Source: Phoronis australis (lineage: Eukaryota; Animalia; Phoronida). From it: a stretch of 64,000 bases of DNA. The notes beneath the pieces were generated by a model. The model saw only the letters and a list, made by a program, of their open reading frames with translations. It had not been told where the DNA came from and ran no database searches. Below are positions 24,601-36,997 of the stretch, piece by piece. The DNA lies in contig NMRA01000068.1 in assembly GCA_002633005.1 (NCBI GenBank), positions 1,071,092-1,135,091 on the forward strand, written 5' to 3'. The translations under genes were made by a program, and so were the position numbers. Position 1 is the first letter of the stretch. Every line of letters begins with the position of its first letter.

Positions 24601-27600
24601 TTTCAATCATATCCTCGGAACAAAGTTCGTCATTCAACAGAACATTGGTAACGTAACTGACTATGAGATATGATTAAGACACACGATATTTCGAAACATA
24701 CTTGTTTCATTTTCAAGTGGAAATAAAATGACACAGTAATACCACCACAGAGCAAAAGCTGTAAACAAACACAGTGGGACACAGTAGGTAAGAAATACCA
24801 CAAAGAATGACAATGTCTTTTAATCATGTCTCTTGGTCAGTTGCTTTACCATTGTTCTGTTGAGTGTCGAACTTTGTTCCGAGGATATGAACGGAATGGA
24901 ATAAAGATCGTTAATAACGACAAGTGTCGTGTATTCAACTAATTTTGCATAACTGAAAACTTGCTCCCGAAGTACAGCCACCTGTCACATTCCTAAAGAT
25001 TATCTGCACTTGGAGTGGAACCTTCAATAAGGTGGCCAAAAGGATTGACGATTGATTCTCTCTGTGCATGAATGAGGCTATGTACTTTGTAGCTGGATTA
25101 ATCTTGTCAGTGAGGATTATTCAAGCTTAACATACTAACAATTGTAGACATCCTGTCAGCCCCCTATCCCAAACCCTCACCCGCAGCTGATCAGCTACCT
25201 TCTGCAGACCATCCTTCATGTCACCAGCCATCCAAACCTCTCACCTCAAATGATCAGCCACTTCCTTCAGACAANTGAAATCGAAACATCGAAATGTTAA
25301 CTTAATAATTGAATTAAGGAATAAGGGGGAGGATTTATCTCTTTTCACAACTTTCTGTGTTCATGACCAGACTGAGGCCTGAGGCAACTCGTAGCATTCG
25401 TTTTCAACGTCAACGGTCGTATGCATGTAGACGCACAACTCCCTTAGGATCAAAACTACGTTTTGTCTTTGTTTTCCCCGGCACCATTCTATCATAACCA
25501 CACCTCGTTGGTTCAATGTTATGGCGAATTTGTGAATGAAAGGACTGAGGGTATACCGAAGCTGTTCTGTACCTGGCGGGAGACTCAATTTACTTGAAAG
25601 CCCTTTAACCTTTGACATTGGATAAGTGGTAAACAAATATCCACGCGGTTGTGCGGTTCCAAGGTGGTTCTGCTAAATCTTTTTTTTCTCGCTACGCAGT
25701 ATATATTTCGTATTTGAAGTTCCCCGAGAATGAAGAAAAGGTATTTTGCTAGACACAAGTGAAATATTGTAAAAATGGCCCATTTTTGTGAATAAGGTTG
25801 GAAATATCCTTAACAGTGTGAAGAAACACGATGGCACTCATAGGTTCCAAAACGATGGCACAGTTCTGTAACAATACTTATGAACATTCAATAAAACACT
25901 ACTCCTATTTAATCTTGCATTGTTTATGAAAAACGTAAACCACAGCTCTTGTAGCCTTTGTAACAATCAGTACTGGCTGCAGCTTCACATGAGTGCTGCT
26001 GGAGTGCTATGTGTAATGGGTCCAGACCTAATGCTTGGTGAATTCCCTACAAGGGAACAAATGCACAATTTACTACATTACAGTAGTTGCAAACACTAGT
26101 GGATCACAAACCGGTAATTAAAAGTTGAATGAATGTTAACATGGCCGATTGAGTAGTGCGTGGCTGGTGCAACTAGACTGGCAGTGATAATACATTCATG
26201 TGCAATCGGGGGTCAACTCTGATTTAGAAAAATAAGACAAAAACTGCATTCCATCAACCCAAGACACTCGCAAGAATAGCTAACTGTGTGATCATGTGTT
26301 TCAGCAGTAATGCATGGCAACATCTAGTGAGGTTTTGCATGATCTCGCATTTTCACGAGTTTCTTGGGTCTACAGAACGCAGCCAAAGCTGGAGCAACAT
26401 GAGTGGATTAGGAGCAACATTGAGTTGGCGCAGTATCGAGTGTGACGCCGAATGGCAAAGTGTGGAAATGAGTTGGTGTAGGTTGAAGTGGATTGGTGTA
26501 CTTTGGAGTGGAATGGTGTAATTTGGATTGGTATAATTTGGAGAGGATTGGTGTAGTTTGGAGTGCACGTGGAGCCCAATGTATTGGTGCAGTGGATTGG
26601 TGTTCTCATTTTGAAAGATTTAAGTTGTCATGCAGGAATTTACAAAAAATATGGTGACCATCAGTCGTTGCAATTACATAGACAAAATACTTGGTAATCA
26701 TTAATGGCAGAACATTTATCGCAATAATATTGCCAATAGTAAGCTTCCATGACTTAACCATTATGATCAAAGTTTTACTGAAATTATCATCGCGTTTGTC
26801 TTGCGGAATAGCCAGATGCAGTGGCAGACAAAAAATTGCGTCCTTTTCAATTTTCTTGCATATTTTAGTGATTGGGTAGCCTTAATACCAACACTGAATT
26901 GTGTGTGCATTTTTCAAGAAAAATTGTCTGTACAAATGAAACCTTGTGAAGCCATTTGTAAATAGTACTATTTGCGTACAATTGTCACGTCCAAAATATG
27001 ACACTCTGGAAGGCTTCAATTAGGCAAGCTGTTTGTATTTCCCAGGTTGAAAATTGCTTGAAAACCAGTTTTAGTTTAAGTTAAAGTCAGACTACATCCA
27101 CAGGTACGATTTTCCAGATCAAATAAATAAAATCCAGATCAAAATTTTCCAACCCAGTGGTTGTTATGTCAAACCATGAAGTGTTACAATAATCAATACC
27201 CCTGCTTACCTGTGAAAGGAAAGCCACTTAATGTGGTCACACAGCACAAGGCCAGAGGTAGTCAGAAGCTCAGCAAAGTCGTTCACATCTATACCTTCCT
27301 CCAGATGGCGCTGGAACTGAATGCCCGAGTTCTGTAACAGGTCTATAGAGTCCTGAGCGTACATATCCTCCCTGCAATAATAATCATAGACGGCATGCCA
27401 GTAGAATGAAGCTGAGAGGACCAAAAACAATTGCAAATAATTTTACATACTTGTAGAATGTCAAACAGCAAGAACATTGACACAGTGACTGTCAACAGTG
27501 CAACTAACATTCAAGCAAATAAATGAGCAATTGCAGGATGTTGCTGTTTAGAAAATCCGGAGCTATCAGTCAGATGTCATGCTCTTAGCCCATGAGGGTT

Positions 27601-28851
27601 GAATGTACATTACATCTCAGCCTGGTAGTAATACAACGTGAACAAATGGAGTCTACATTAATGGAGAATCATTATACGTTTAGGTCACGCCAGCCATGTC
27701 TATGACCACAAGACTCGTTGCATGAGTAGGTCATGCCAGCCATGTCTATGACAAGACTCTTTGTATGAGAAGGTCATGTCTGCAATGTTTATCAACAAGA
27801 GACTCACTGTAGGAGTATGAGTATTCCATTGCCAGTCATGTTTGTGGTAACACAACAGTTACTACACAAATTCTTAAAAGTTAGAACCCTATACATGGAA
27901 TGGAAAGCCAACTCCCACAGATAACCTATGTATTCTATTATTTAGAGCTTGCGAATGAAGTTGGCATTCCAGGTCTAGAGCTCTGTGACGTGATAAATCA
28001 TAACATAGTTGAATGCTTCAAGCTGTCACAGACATTTCCTCCCTTACGTACGTTAAACTGAACGTAAAGTTGAACTGCCATGTGGAATGAGGTTGCGGTG
28101 ATTGTCCATTTTCGTCCAGGAAGGTGATGCCCAGCTGTATTATCTTCAACAAGTTAACATTACATCGCAGTAACTGGTATTGGTAGTCAGAGGTGCTGCG
28201 AAACTCACCAATAGGTCGCGCTACTACACCAGGGAACTCAGTGTCCTGAAATCAGACAGTTTGGGGCATTTAAAAATACTAGCCATTTTAATAGACCAAA
28301 TTTAACCTAAAAACATGTCAAAGAGTTACAGCGAGGATTAAGATGATTTGAACAGTAAGACTACACTGAGCCTACATCTTAAACTAGTATATATCAGGCT
28401 AATTCCTAAAGCTATCTTCCAATCATGTGACACAAGTTTAAACAGACAATGCACACTTTTGGTGTCTCTTAAATTCTCATTGTTCATACACAGGAACAAA
28501 ATGACAGGAGTTTTTGGAGATGAATTCTTAATACAGGTAGACAATCACCAGGAAATGGTTGTTTCAAGTGTCTAAGAGTGTGTTCACTAGAACCAAACAT
28601 GGATGTTTAAAATGTAATTACAGAAATGCAAGGGTGTGTATTTACACAACACAAGCATTAATAAGATATATGTAATAGACAATGCAGATGTAACAGTCAC
28701 ATATAGGATGAAGGATACACACCATAGCAATGTAATGATATGTTTGGGCCAACTGCCGCACATTTTTAAACTCTTCTTCTAAGTTGCTTTTCCACACATC
28801 TTTAATGCCAAAATCAGGTGGTCCAGGCTGTTGCAGTGCAATGGAGGGCAT
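21515..28851 (-). CDS. CNOT7: CCR4-NOT subunit 7/8 (CAF1/POP2) DEDD deadenylase, central exon(s) missing from the assembly
   Basis: Exons 28851-28723, 28245-28052, 27371-27210, [missing], 23338-23261 (duplicated at 22812-22735), 21670-21515. Diagnostic CAF1 peptides YIAM|DTEFPGVVARPIGEF, WQFNF, EDMYAQDSIDLL, KWLSFHS, GPQHQAGSDSLLTG, MFFEDNIDDAKYCGHLYGLG. Confidence 0.97.
22735..22812 (-). CDS. CNOT7: CNOT7 exon, identical copy 2 (probable allelic duplicate)
   Basis: Same 78 nt within a 525-bp duplication split by N at 22864. Confidence 0.7.
23261..23338 (-). CDS. CNOT7: CNOT7 exon (LRRLGPQHQAGSDSLLTGAAFFKMRE), copy 1
   Basis: tgtag|CTA ... GAG|gtaaga; contains the catalytic His/Asp motif HQAGSDS. 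Confidence 0.9.
24546..24952. mobile_element. Foldback MITE with ~135-bp inverted arms in a CNOT7 intron
   Basis: tgcaaaatt...catatcctcggaacaaagttcg mirrored by cgaactttgttccgaggatatg...aattttgca. Confidence 0.8.
25146..25274 (-). repeat. ~64-bp tandem repeat derived from a CNOT7 exon end plus donor
   Basis: Minus strand reads MKDGLQKVADQLR|gtgagg and LKEVADHL..|gtgaga; cf. CAF1 consensus LKGGLQEVA.QLE. Confidence 0.8.
27210..27371 (-). CDS. CNOT7: CNOT7 exon (EDMYAQDSIDLL...WLSFHS)
   Basis: ttgcag|G ... CAC AG|gtaagc; phase 2-2. Confidence 0.95.
28052..28245 (-). CDS. CNOT7: CNOT7 exon with catalytic DTEF motif
   Basis: ttcag|GAC ACT GAG TTC ... TTA AC|gtacgt. Confidence 0.95.
28723..28851 (-). 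CDS. CNOT7: CNOT7 first coding exon (MPSIAL...IKDVWKSNLEEEF...YIAM)
   Basis: ATG at 28851, acceptor 27 nt upstream (exon edge 28878), donor ATG|gtgtgt. Confidence 0.92.
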
Positions 28852-29374
28852 CTTCAGTATAAGTCATTGAGTGGATATCTGGATCAATGGAGGAAACTCA
28901 ATCAATTGCAGAGTATAATAAGCACATCTTCAATACCTGGACCAAGAGTGAAAACTCAGTTACAGGGTATCTTCTGTCAAGAATTGAAAAGTCACAGTTC
29001 AAGTTATCTATCTGTACCCACAAAGCTTTTTGTTAAAACAATTCCTCAGATTTCCTTAGCAGTATTTGACACAAGTATACATGTCAATTCAATAGTTAAT
29101 ATTAGTATGACTACAGTGAAAATCTCAGTACAGTAACCACGTTGAATTACAATTCAGCTGTGTAGTTTGCATGGCCTGCTGGAGCATGTCCATACTTTCA
29201 CATGCCAGTTCCAAACCATTGGTCAAAATAAGGTGCTACTGAGAAACTGCTAGTATGTGACATGTCTGAAGTGTCTAAAGTTTTCAAGTCTAAAGTTTCT
29301 TCTTTAATCTGACCATGTGCATACCGTATTCGCCCTAATAAGCGCCCATGCCCCTATAAGTGCCCCCCCATGCG

Positions 29375-29773
29375 CAGGCCTTTATCCAGGATTTCGAAAA
29401 TAGGGTGTCCAAAATGGGGTTCCCAATATTCCAAGGGCGTCCATGATTTCGACGCGTAACCCCCCCCACCCCCAGCAATCCTCCTAACCAAACAGACCAA
29501 GGTTTTTACAATGCTATCAACCAAGTGTGAGCATAGCAACATTGTATATACTTTGTATATACATTGTATATTTCTTCCTGCTTTGAAAAAAGAGCCACCA
29601 CTGTGAGTCTCTATAGGCTTCCTAGTAATCATTACAATGTGTGTATCCAAACTTGAAAGCTTCCTATTGATAGTGGGCGTCCAAATGATAGATTGGGCGT
29701 CCTTGCCAGGGCATCCATATTAGTGCTAGGGCGTCTATTTAGATGCCCAGGACCTACACTGCATAAAGGTCTG
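29375..29773. mobile_element. hAT-type MITE with 15-bp TIRs and 8-bp TSD, nested in a pogo/Tigger-like MITE
   Basis: caggcctttatccag ... ctgcataaaggtctg (13/15); TSD cccatgcg / accatgcg; host begins taccgtattcgccctaataagcgccc at ~29322 and resumes with aataagtgccc after the insert. Confidence 0.75.
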
Positions 29774-29938
29774 ACCATGCGTTTTCAGACTTCACTAAAA
29801 TAAGTGCCCAGTCCATGAACATGTACATGCGAAAAATGCCTAAACTACAGTTCTAAAATTCTACAGTAACGTCTTCAATTATCAATAAGATCCAACAGTC
29901 CTGAAGAAAGTCATTGAGCGCGGAATTTGTAGACCACT

Positions 29939-32087
29939 CAGTGTTCTCCACATCCGAAAATCTTAACAGGTCGCACGCATAAAAACTGCAATGTGCCGGA
30001 ACCGCGCGGCAGCCAACATTCTCCATAAGCTAGTGTGCAGTTTTTTTGTACACCTTATTTTTACCCACGCATTTTAATAGTAATGCACAGTAGTGCAAAT
30101 AAATAACTGTGTTTATTCAACTTTTTATTTGTAAAAGTTAGCCTTATTTACAAACATATCACATATGTCATAACCCATTTGCTTAGTCAATGAATTTGAA
30201 ATGGAAGTCTACAGAGGTGTTTGATACACTAGTGTGGAGGTTTTAGGCTACTCAATAATTGTGATGTCAATGTCAACTAAGTACAAAAAGTCTAACACAG
30301 AAGTAAACTTTTCCCATGAAGTGGGCAGTCCAAGTGAAGTGTCTTTGCAAAGTCAGTCACATTTTTAATTTTAGGTCTTGATAGCAGAGTCTACGTTTTC
30401 CCTGGGTTTGTAAGTGTAATGTCTTGCACAGCATTCTTATAGTCTGAATTCGATGTTCTGAAGCTGGTACAACATACTGAACTTCTGCACCACCAGAACT
30501 CTTGTAAAAAATTCACAATATGCGAGTTCTCTCTTATGAATGCAAATTAGGTAGGGTAAACAAAACAATTCACGTGCGTTTCCATCTACTTGGACGGGAG
30601 TGTTAGGCCTGTTGATGACAACCAATATTTCTAAAAAGATATCAATTGAATTATCAAATGCTTTCAACTATGGAATTCCCATAATTTTCAGGATTGTCAC
30701 AAACTCATTTTCCAGATGAAAACCATCTATTCTTAAGTTAGAGCAAATTGTATTCATTTGTATTGCCGATGTTTGACGTTGTCGGCAAAAATTCGGTTCA
30801 CCGTTCATGACACGGATATTTGCGATCCGTTGACCGAGCCCGGCAATATCACCATCACCCAGCCCTGGATTATCTGTCGTATTTGCATCTGAGTCAACGT
30901 CAGTATCTGAAACATCTCTCGGTTTTTAAAATAATCCTTAGGTTTAGCGGTGCTTCGCTTTCGTGCGGCAGACGACATTTCTAAGTATGTAGAATGCGCA
31001 AGTCAATAGGTAACGGAAGCCAGGATAGAATTCACTAACGTAAGGACCAAGCTAGGTAAACAAGACTCTGCGAGATTACGCGAGATATTACCGCTTGATT
31101 TCAATGAGATCACGTGATTTTGGCTGCAATTTCTCAGCGCGAGACACGTATATTTTGAACTTTACTCAGTGACGTCACCCGCTGTCCCAAATCTCAGAAT
31201 ACTCCCCTGAAACCGCAAACGTGACGCACGGCTACTATTGAGGTTGTCAACGGCTTGGCAGATTTTTATAGGGAGTATGCACCACAAATGTAATGTTCAT
31301 GCTGCCAACAAAACTCCTTATAAGGCAACAAGATGAACTCGGTCACTCTCAATGGGCCGGTGGCACCAAAAGAAACCAATAATATTCATCTAAGTGAGAA
31401 ATACACAAACAACAAACAATGAGTGCCATCAAAAGCAGTTTCATGCAAATATTTTTGAGACTAGTATCGGTAAAGTCTGTGCCGTGGGGCCCACGGAATA
31501 TTGAAAAATGAGCTACGAAAACCAATTAAAATTCTGGCCCTCCCAGAAGACGGCCGTTGCATAAACTGCTACGCAATGGTGTCTGCTGACAACATATACT
31601 TCGCAGAACTAACCAGCAGAACTAACCACGGAGCCGTAGTTATTTTCAATGGGTAATATGATCAGTTGTCCGCCGAACACAAAAAGCCAATAGGCCTAAC
31701 GCAACGATCTGCGACTTTCGTGATGGACTGCACCTCCAGTGAACAGGTAGTGGATTAGGTGTATAGGTAGCACTGGGCCTTTGTTTAAACTGACTAGTAG
31801 TTCGAGATGAATTGAAAAGGTAATTGAGAGATTATTTACACGCCGCATTACACCATAAATAGACAAGCGGCCCGGTCTGTCGCTTGAGTGGGACCGGTGA
31901 TTAGGCTGTCTACAACTGACCACTTCCTTAGCTTTATTCAGTTTTAATGGGCTATGGGCAGTTGCTGTCAAGCCTAATTTGAAACTGGTCGCAGGACTTT
32001 TAAACAGGACGCTGGATTTTTAAACAGGATGCGCGCTCGGCCAAACAGGACGCTGCGACACATTAAAAGTGGTCGTGGAGAACACTG
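29939..32087. mobile_element. Degenerate TIR (hAT-like) element ~2.1 kb
   Basis: 13-bp perfect inverted ends CAGTGTTCTCCAC / GTGGAGAACACTG; subterminal aacaggtcgc/aacaggacgc motifs; no TSD recognisable. Confidence 0.5.
30440..31130 (-). mobile_element. Decayed LINE ORF1-like (L1-type RRM) remnant with 5' leader
   Basis: Minus strand reads SNLRIDGFHLE (cf. RRNNLRIxG of L1-type ORF1), then frameshifted RPSRWKRT*IVLF / HKRELAY; stops and frameshifts present. Confidence 0.4.
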
Positions 32088-32935
32088 CTATGGTCTTGTT
32101 CAATGTAGACTGGTGAATTGCTGTACTGTGCGATGTAATGAAACGTAGACATGAGCTTTTTCTTCATGTCATTTCGAATGCAACTTCATTATCTTCTCAT
32201 AATTTTAAATGGTTTCTCAACTGCATTAAAGTAGTACACTTCTCCTCAGAGCTTCAAGATACATTGAGTCCTGTACTCATGCTGTGGATTATCAGTCTAA
32301 CATGCAACTCTTCACGGATCATCTTGGAAAAAAATTTACAGATCTTGATTTTTGCTGACAATACTTACATCCTGAATGAATAAAAACCTTCTAATTTTTG
32401 TTTAGTTTCCCTCTGTTCCGTCCTTTGAACAAGAAAAAGACATGCAAACAGTGTGCTAAAATGCAAGGAAACGACCTTTTTTATATACATTACAATTTTT
32501 TCCTCAGCAGGTGGGGGAATCATCCCCCCATACCGACCTCCCCCATCAGCGCTGCACTCCTCAGATACGTGCTTTGCACGACCCATCAGTCTCCCGAATT
32601 TGGACCACCAAATTTCAAATCCTAGATGAGTCCCTGCACCCAATACAGAATTATGGTCCATTTACGCCTTCTAACTATTACAGGTAACGTTTTGATTTCC
32701 AAACATATGTCCCAACTATCTTCTCCCTCTCCAGCGTGTCTACCGAGTACTGCACTACTACTGTACTGGCTGAAAATAGTTACTGGTTTGGTAACAGTAG
32801 AGTCACGTTATGTGGCTAGGTCAAACATCAGGTGCAATTCAAAACACAGTTCAAAGTCATCAATCGCCATGGAAGTTTTCAAGTATATGAAAGAATTGTG
32901 ATTCAACTAGAACTACAAATCGTTAACAACCATAC

Positions 32936-33010
32936 CTTTGAAACGAACAATTACTTGAATTTTTGACGACGATCCTTTGTAGAGAGTGAGTTGAGTATTC
33001 TAGCATGCTG
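32936..33010 (-). other. CNOT7: Candidate non-coding first exon of CNOT7
   Basis: Donor-like tttcaaag|gtatgg at 32936/32935 at the edge of a CpG-rich block; the ATG exon has an acceptor so an upstream UTR exon is required. Upper boundary is a guess. Confidence 0.35.
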
Positions 33011-33339
33011 GGTAATGATAGCGCATTTGAATGACGTATTGCACAAATCTTTTACAACAGCGACATCTGCGGGCATAAAATTGATTACTGCACGGAGATC
33101 GGAAAACAACCGGTAGCGCCCCGATCAATCGAGCGGTGAGTGAGTGAGTCATGCGCGTTCGTCCGCACCCAGCCTAACGGATATGGGGAAGGCTCAATTT
33201 TTTTGAGAAAATGGACCTTTCACTAAAAAAACGGGGTAAGGTCAGAGCATTCGCCGAATTTTGGTAGTTCCTGCCTTTTTGTGGACTTTTGTCTACTTTT
33301 TCATTTCAGCGTTCTGTCGTTCACTTTTCCAGACGTGAG

Positions 33340-33800
33340 GGGTGCTGAACGTGCATCGGGACTAAACCCTCTTTGTGCATCGAATACGCAAGTCCAGCTC
33401 TTTATTGGGAAACCAAATTTAAAAAGCGCTTACCGGGGCGCTCTTTGTGCGTTGACAACGCAAACTCGACATTTTTTATTGAGAAAACGCATTTTTACAA
33501 AAGAGAATCAGTTGTCTGGAACGTTTCATGTACGTCAACAACGCAAACCAAACCAACTCATTGGAAAGCCCATGTTTGTCACCAGGAACACTCTTTTTTC
33601 ACAACGCAGCCCGATATTTCAATTTTTCTTTTTTTAAATCCGTCACTTGCCGAGAAATGTTTTTGAGCATCGGCGATGCAAGCCGAATATTTCATACTGA
33701 GAAAGTGCATTTTTGAAAGAAGAACCAACACTTGTCGGGAACGTTCTTTGTGCGTCAACAACACACATTTCTTATTGGGAAAGCCAGTTTTCAAAAATTA
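33340..33800. repeat. Degenerate tandem repeat of ~80-90-bp units
   Basis: Recurrent ctctttgtgcgtc..aacgca..ttattgggaaacc..tttt..aaa. Confidence 0.65.
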
Positions 33801-35366
33801 ATCGCGCAGACCGTTTGAGTCTCATTGACCAGCAATTATACTGCTATCAAATGACCGAGCCAGCAATGTCGATACTACGACCGCTAATCGAAATAATGTA
33901 CACCCACGAAATTCGGACACGAGCGGAAACCCAATTTTGGTGGTCCGCTTAGTTCGGACACCACAAAAATGATGGTTAGCGATATTCATCCAAGAATGAG
34001 TTTTTTCCACTGGAATTAATTCTGAGTGTCCGAAAATCGCGCGACTTTACTGTAAGCATTTAGAAAAATTCATTTCACCACAAGACTTGCTACAATGATT
34101 ATGCCAAGTTCGACTATTTTGCTAAAAATACTTTTATCAGAACGATCACACTTTGAGTTCGTGTTAGACAGCCAGGTAGTATTTGTCTTGTCGTCTTCTT
34201 ATATCCAGTGCCAGAACAATGTGTACACAGAAGTTTCTTGAAATCCATTTCCATAACACAGGCTCGATACCATGTTCTCCCATACGCGACAGCGTTTATC
34301 ATGTTCATTTTCTATCCCATATTTACTATTAATGGGTCAACCAAATAAAAACTCCTGAAGATATCCTGTTGCTACGGCAACACTTCTCCATTCAACAGAA
34401 GCCATTATCACTCTCCAATAAAATGCATAAGAAAACAACTCGTAAGGTGGTTTGGGAATAAAACCAAACCTACAATTGAATATCCAACACCGTGGATGGG
34501 GGTTTCATTCATTACTAATCAGAAAATCAAACACAGTGGGCCCTATGTTTCATTCTTCGCTAGTTAGAATATCCAAATATCCAACTCAGTGGACGCGGGG
34601 GAGGGGTTCACTCATTACTAGTTAGAATATACAACTCAGTGAACGGGGGTTTAGTATCCCTTCAGACACCAGGCCTGAATATTACTTGCAAAGAAAAGTG
34701 TCCCAAAAGAACATGTTTTATTTACAAATGTATCTTTGTTGTAAAAGGAATGTATTTTATAATATTGTCAAGCGGAATGTACAATCAATGACAGTATTGT
34801 GAGATTCTATTAATAATAATCATCACTCAGTTTATCAAATGAAGACATGGTAAGGCCCTGGCTCCAAACAGATGGACATACCATCCTTAGCTCAACAAAG
34901 CACCAACAGCCAGGAAATGTTAAAATAGCCAACTTCTGGAACTTTTCAGAGAAAATAAATCCTAAGAAATGAGAAGACAAAAAATGTACAATTAAGTTTC
35001 CGCATTGAAATCCAGCAATGACCTAAAAGCAAAGACAGAAATCTCCTGCCATAATCTACAGAATAGCAAAACTCCCCTCTTTCAACTATGTCACACAATA
35101 TAACATTCATGAGTGAAATAACAAGCTAATCCTTACCATAGTTCAGCAAACACAAGGTTGCCAAATACTGTCAACTATTCGGTCATGCAATATAAAATGT
35201 CCAAATACAAAATCAAAGTGTTCTGTATAGCTTATAAGTGTAAATATGGAACACCATAACTCACGGTTTACATACAAAGACAATACATCCAGACTTTTTT
35301 CCTCAACTTTCACTTCAAAAGTTCACCAGTTTAAAAACAAAACTTAAGCTCTAAACTTTTGGGACT

Positions 35367-35522
35367 TTATTTGGAGTTTTTATCGAAGGCTGGATTCCTG
35401 ACCAACATGGTGGTAGAAGCCCTTGTAGATGAAGCAGGGGTGTATCCAGTGTTCTTCAGTCCAAACAGAAGGTCGTATTGAATCTCCCGCAGCCTGTGAT
35501 AGACTGGGAACAGGCATGTCAC
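35367..35522 (-). CDS. 4-TM gene terminal exon
   Basis: gctttag|GTG ... AAA TAA; candidate AATAAA on - at 34722-34717. Confidence 0.82.
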   Translation of the reverse strand: MTCLFPVYHRLREIQYDLLFGLKNTGYTPASSTRASTTMLVRNPAFDKNSK

Positions 35523-36943
35523 CTAAAGCAACAAAGTACAGTCAGGTGAAGAAATAACATGTTATGCTGTGTCAGACAATAGGCTCACATTAAAAAGCAC
35601 TCCAGAAGCATATTAAGTACGTAACTGTTTAATGTTTTATTAAATACTAGAGCACAGAGTAAGGGCCAATATTGTTTATATACTACAGCAATGGGCAAAA
35701 CAATAGAATCTGTTCACTTACATTTAGAATAAATCTCACAAGCCACTGCAGGAAAAGGAAACACAGGTAAGCCAGGTGCTGGAAATAAAGTCAAAAATCA
35801 AAACATATATATACATATGGATCATTTTCGTTGACTTATGGGTCAACACTCTCTGTATGATGGGGCAGTTTTAACTATAGACAGACTTAGCAAGGCCTAA
35901 GAAGACTGGTCACCTCCATCCGTGACCAAAAACTGTCGATGACATTGTGATTTGATGCTCATATGTATGATTTAATGTTCGTATACATGATATTTGTTCG
36001 CATGCGTGATCTTTGGGTTGGTATACATGATTCATGGGTTTGTATGCATGATTCATGGTTTTAGAGGTAGTTCGTGCATAAGATGCAGTGCTTGTGTGTA
36101 TGATTCTATGGTATCCCAGTGGAATCCATCCCAAAATGGAAAGATGCATTGCAATCCCAACAGAAACTAGTTAACCAAATTTCAATATAAACCATCAAAG
36201 AACTCTGAAGATACAGAGGCAAATGTAAAAACCAAAATTGCCACTAGCGGGTACAGTGGTAGTCACAACCGTCAAAAAGTCGTAGGCAGCTGTAGTCCCA
36301 TTCATAGTACAGCACATGCAAAATTTCACAACGATCCTTCAAAGGAGAAACAGCCAAGGATGCAAATAAAAGAACGTTGCCACCAGGAGTTGCCACAGTG
36401 GTCACAATCATCCAAAAATCAACATTAACTCATCAGGAACACATCTGGCAAGTTTTTTAAATGATCCTTCAAGTAGTTCGGCAGATAAAAAGGGGGGGGG
36501 GCGTCAAAAAATGGACTCGGAAAAAAGCCACTAAATGATGCAAAAATACATCCAATCAATAAGAAAATGGAAGACTATCACCATTTCCTTAATAGAAACC
36601 TATTTGCCAAATTTCATGAAAATCCATTGATGAACTTCACAGATACAGAGGCAAACTAGGGGGCACAGAAGTAGTCGAATGAGTCTGAAACTCGTCATGC
36701 TGTGAGCTCCACAGACTCAGAGGTAAACGTAAAAAATAAAATTGCCTCTGAGGGCACACCCCAAGTGGGATCCATCCGAACATTCGGTCATGCCATCGCA
36801 TCCATAGTAGGAACATGTCTGCAAAATTTCATCAACATCCATCAAGGGGCTGATGGCGGAAGACACACACACGCACACGCACACACAAACACACACACAG
36901 ATATATATGTGCCAGTGAATGCACCACATGTGTGTTTGTGTGC

Positions 36944-36997
<54 letters not shown>

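Noticed and set aside
26440-27840. Pentamer tract (tggag/tggtg, 26440-26605) and ~47-bp repeat (27680-27840)
   Set aside because: Ordinary simple repeats with no junction or coding relationship.
21515-28851. CNOT7 as a pseudogene lacking a catalytic residue
   Set aside because: The missing part coincides with an N junction, and the visible exons are intact with conserved motifs.
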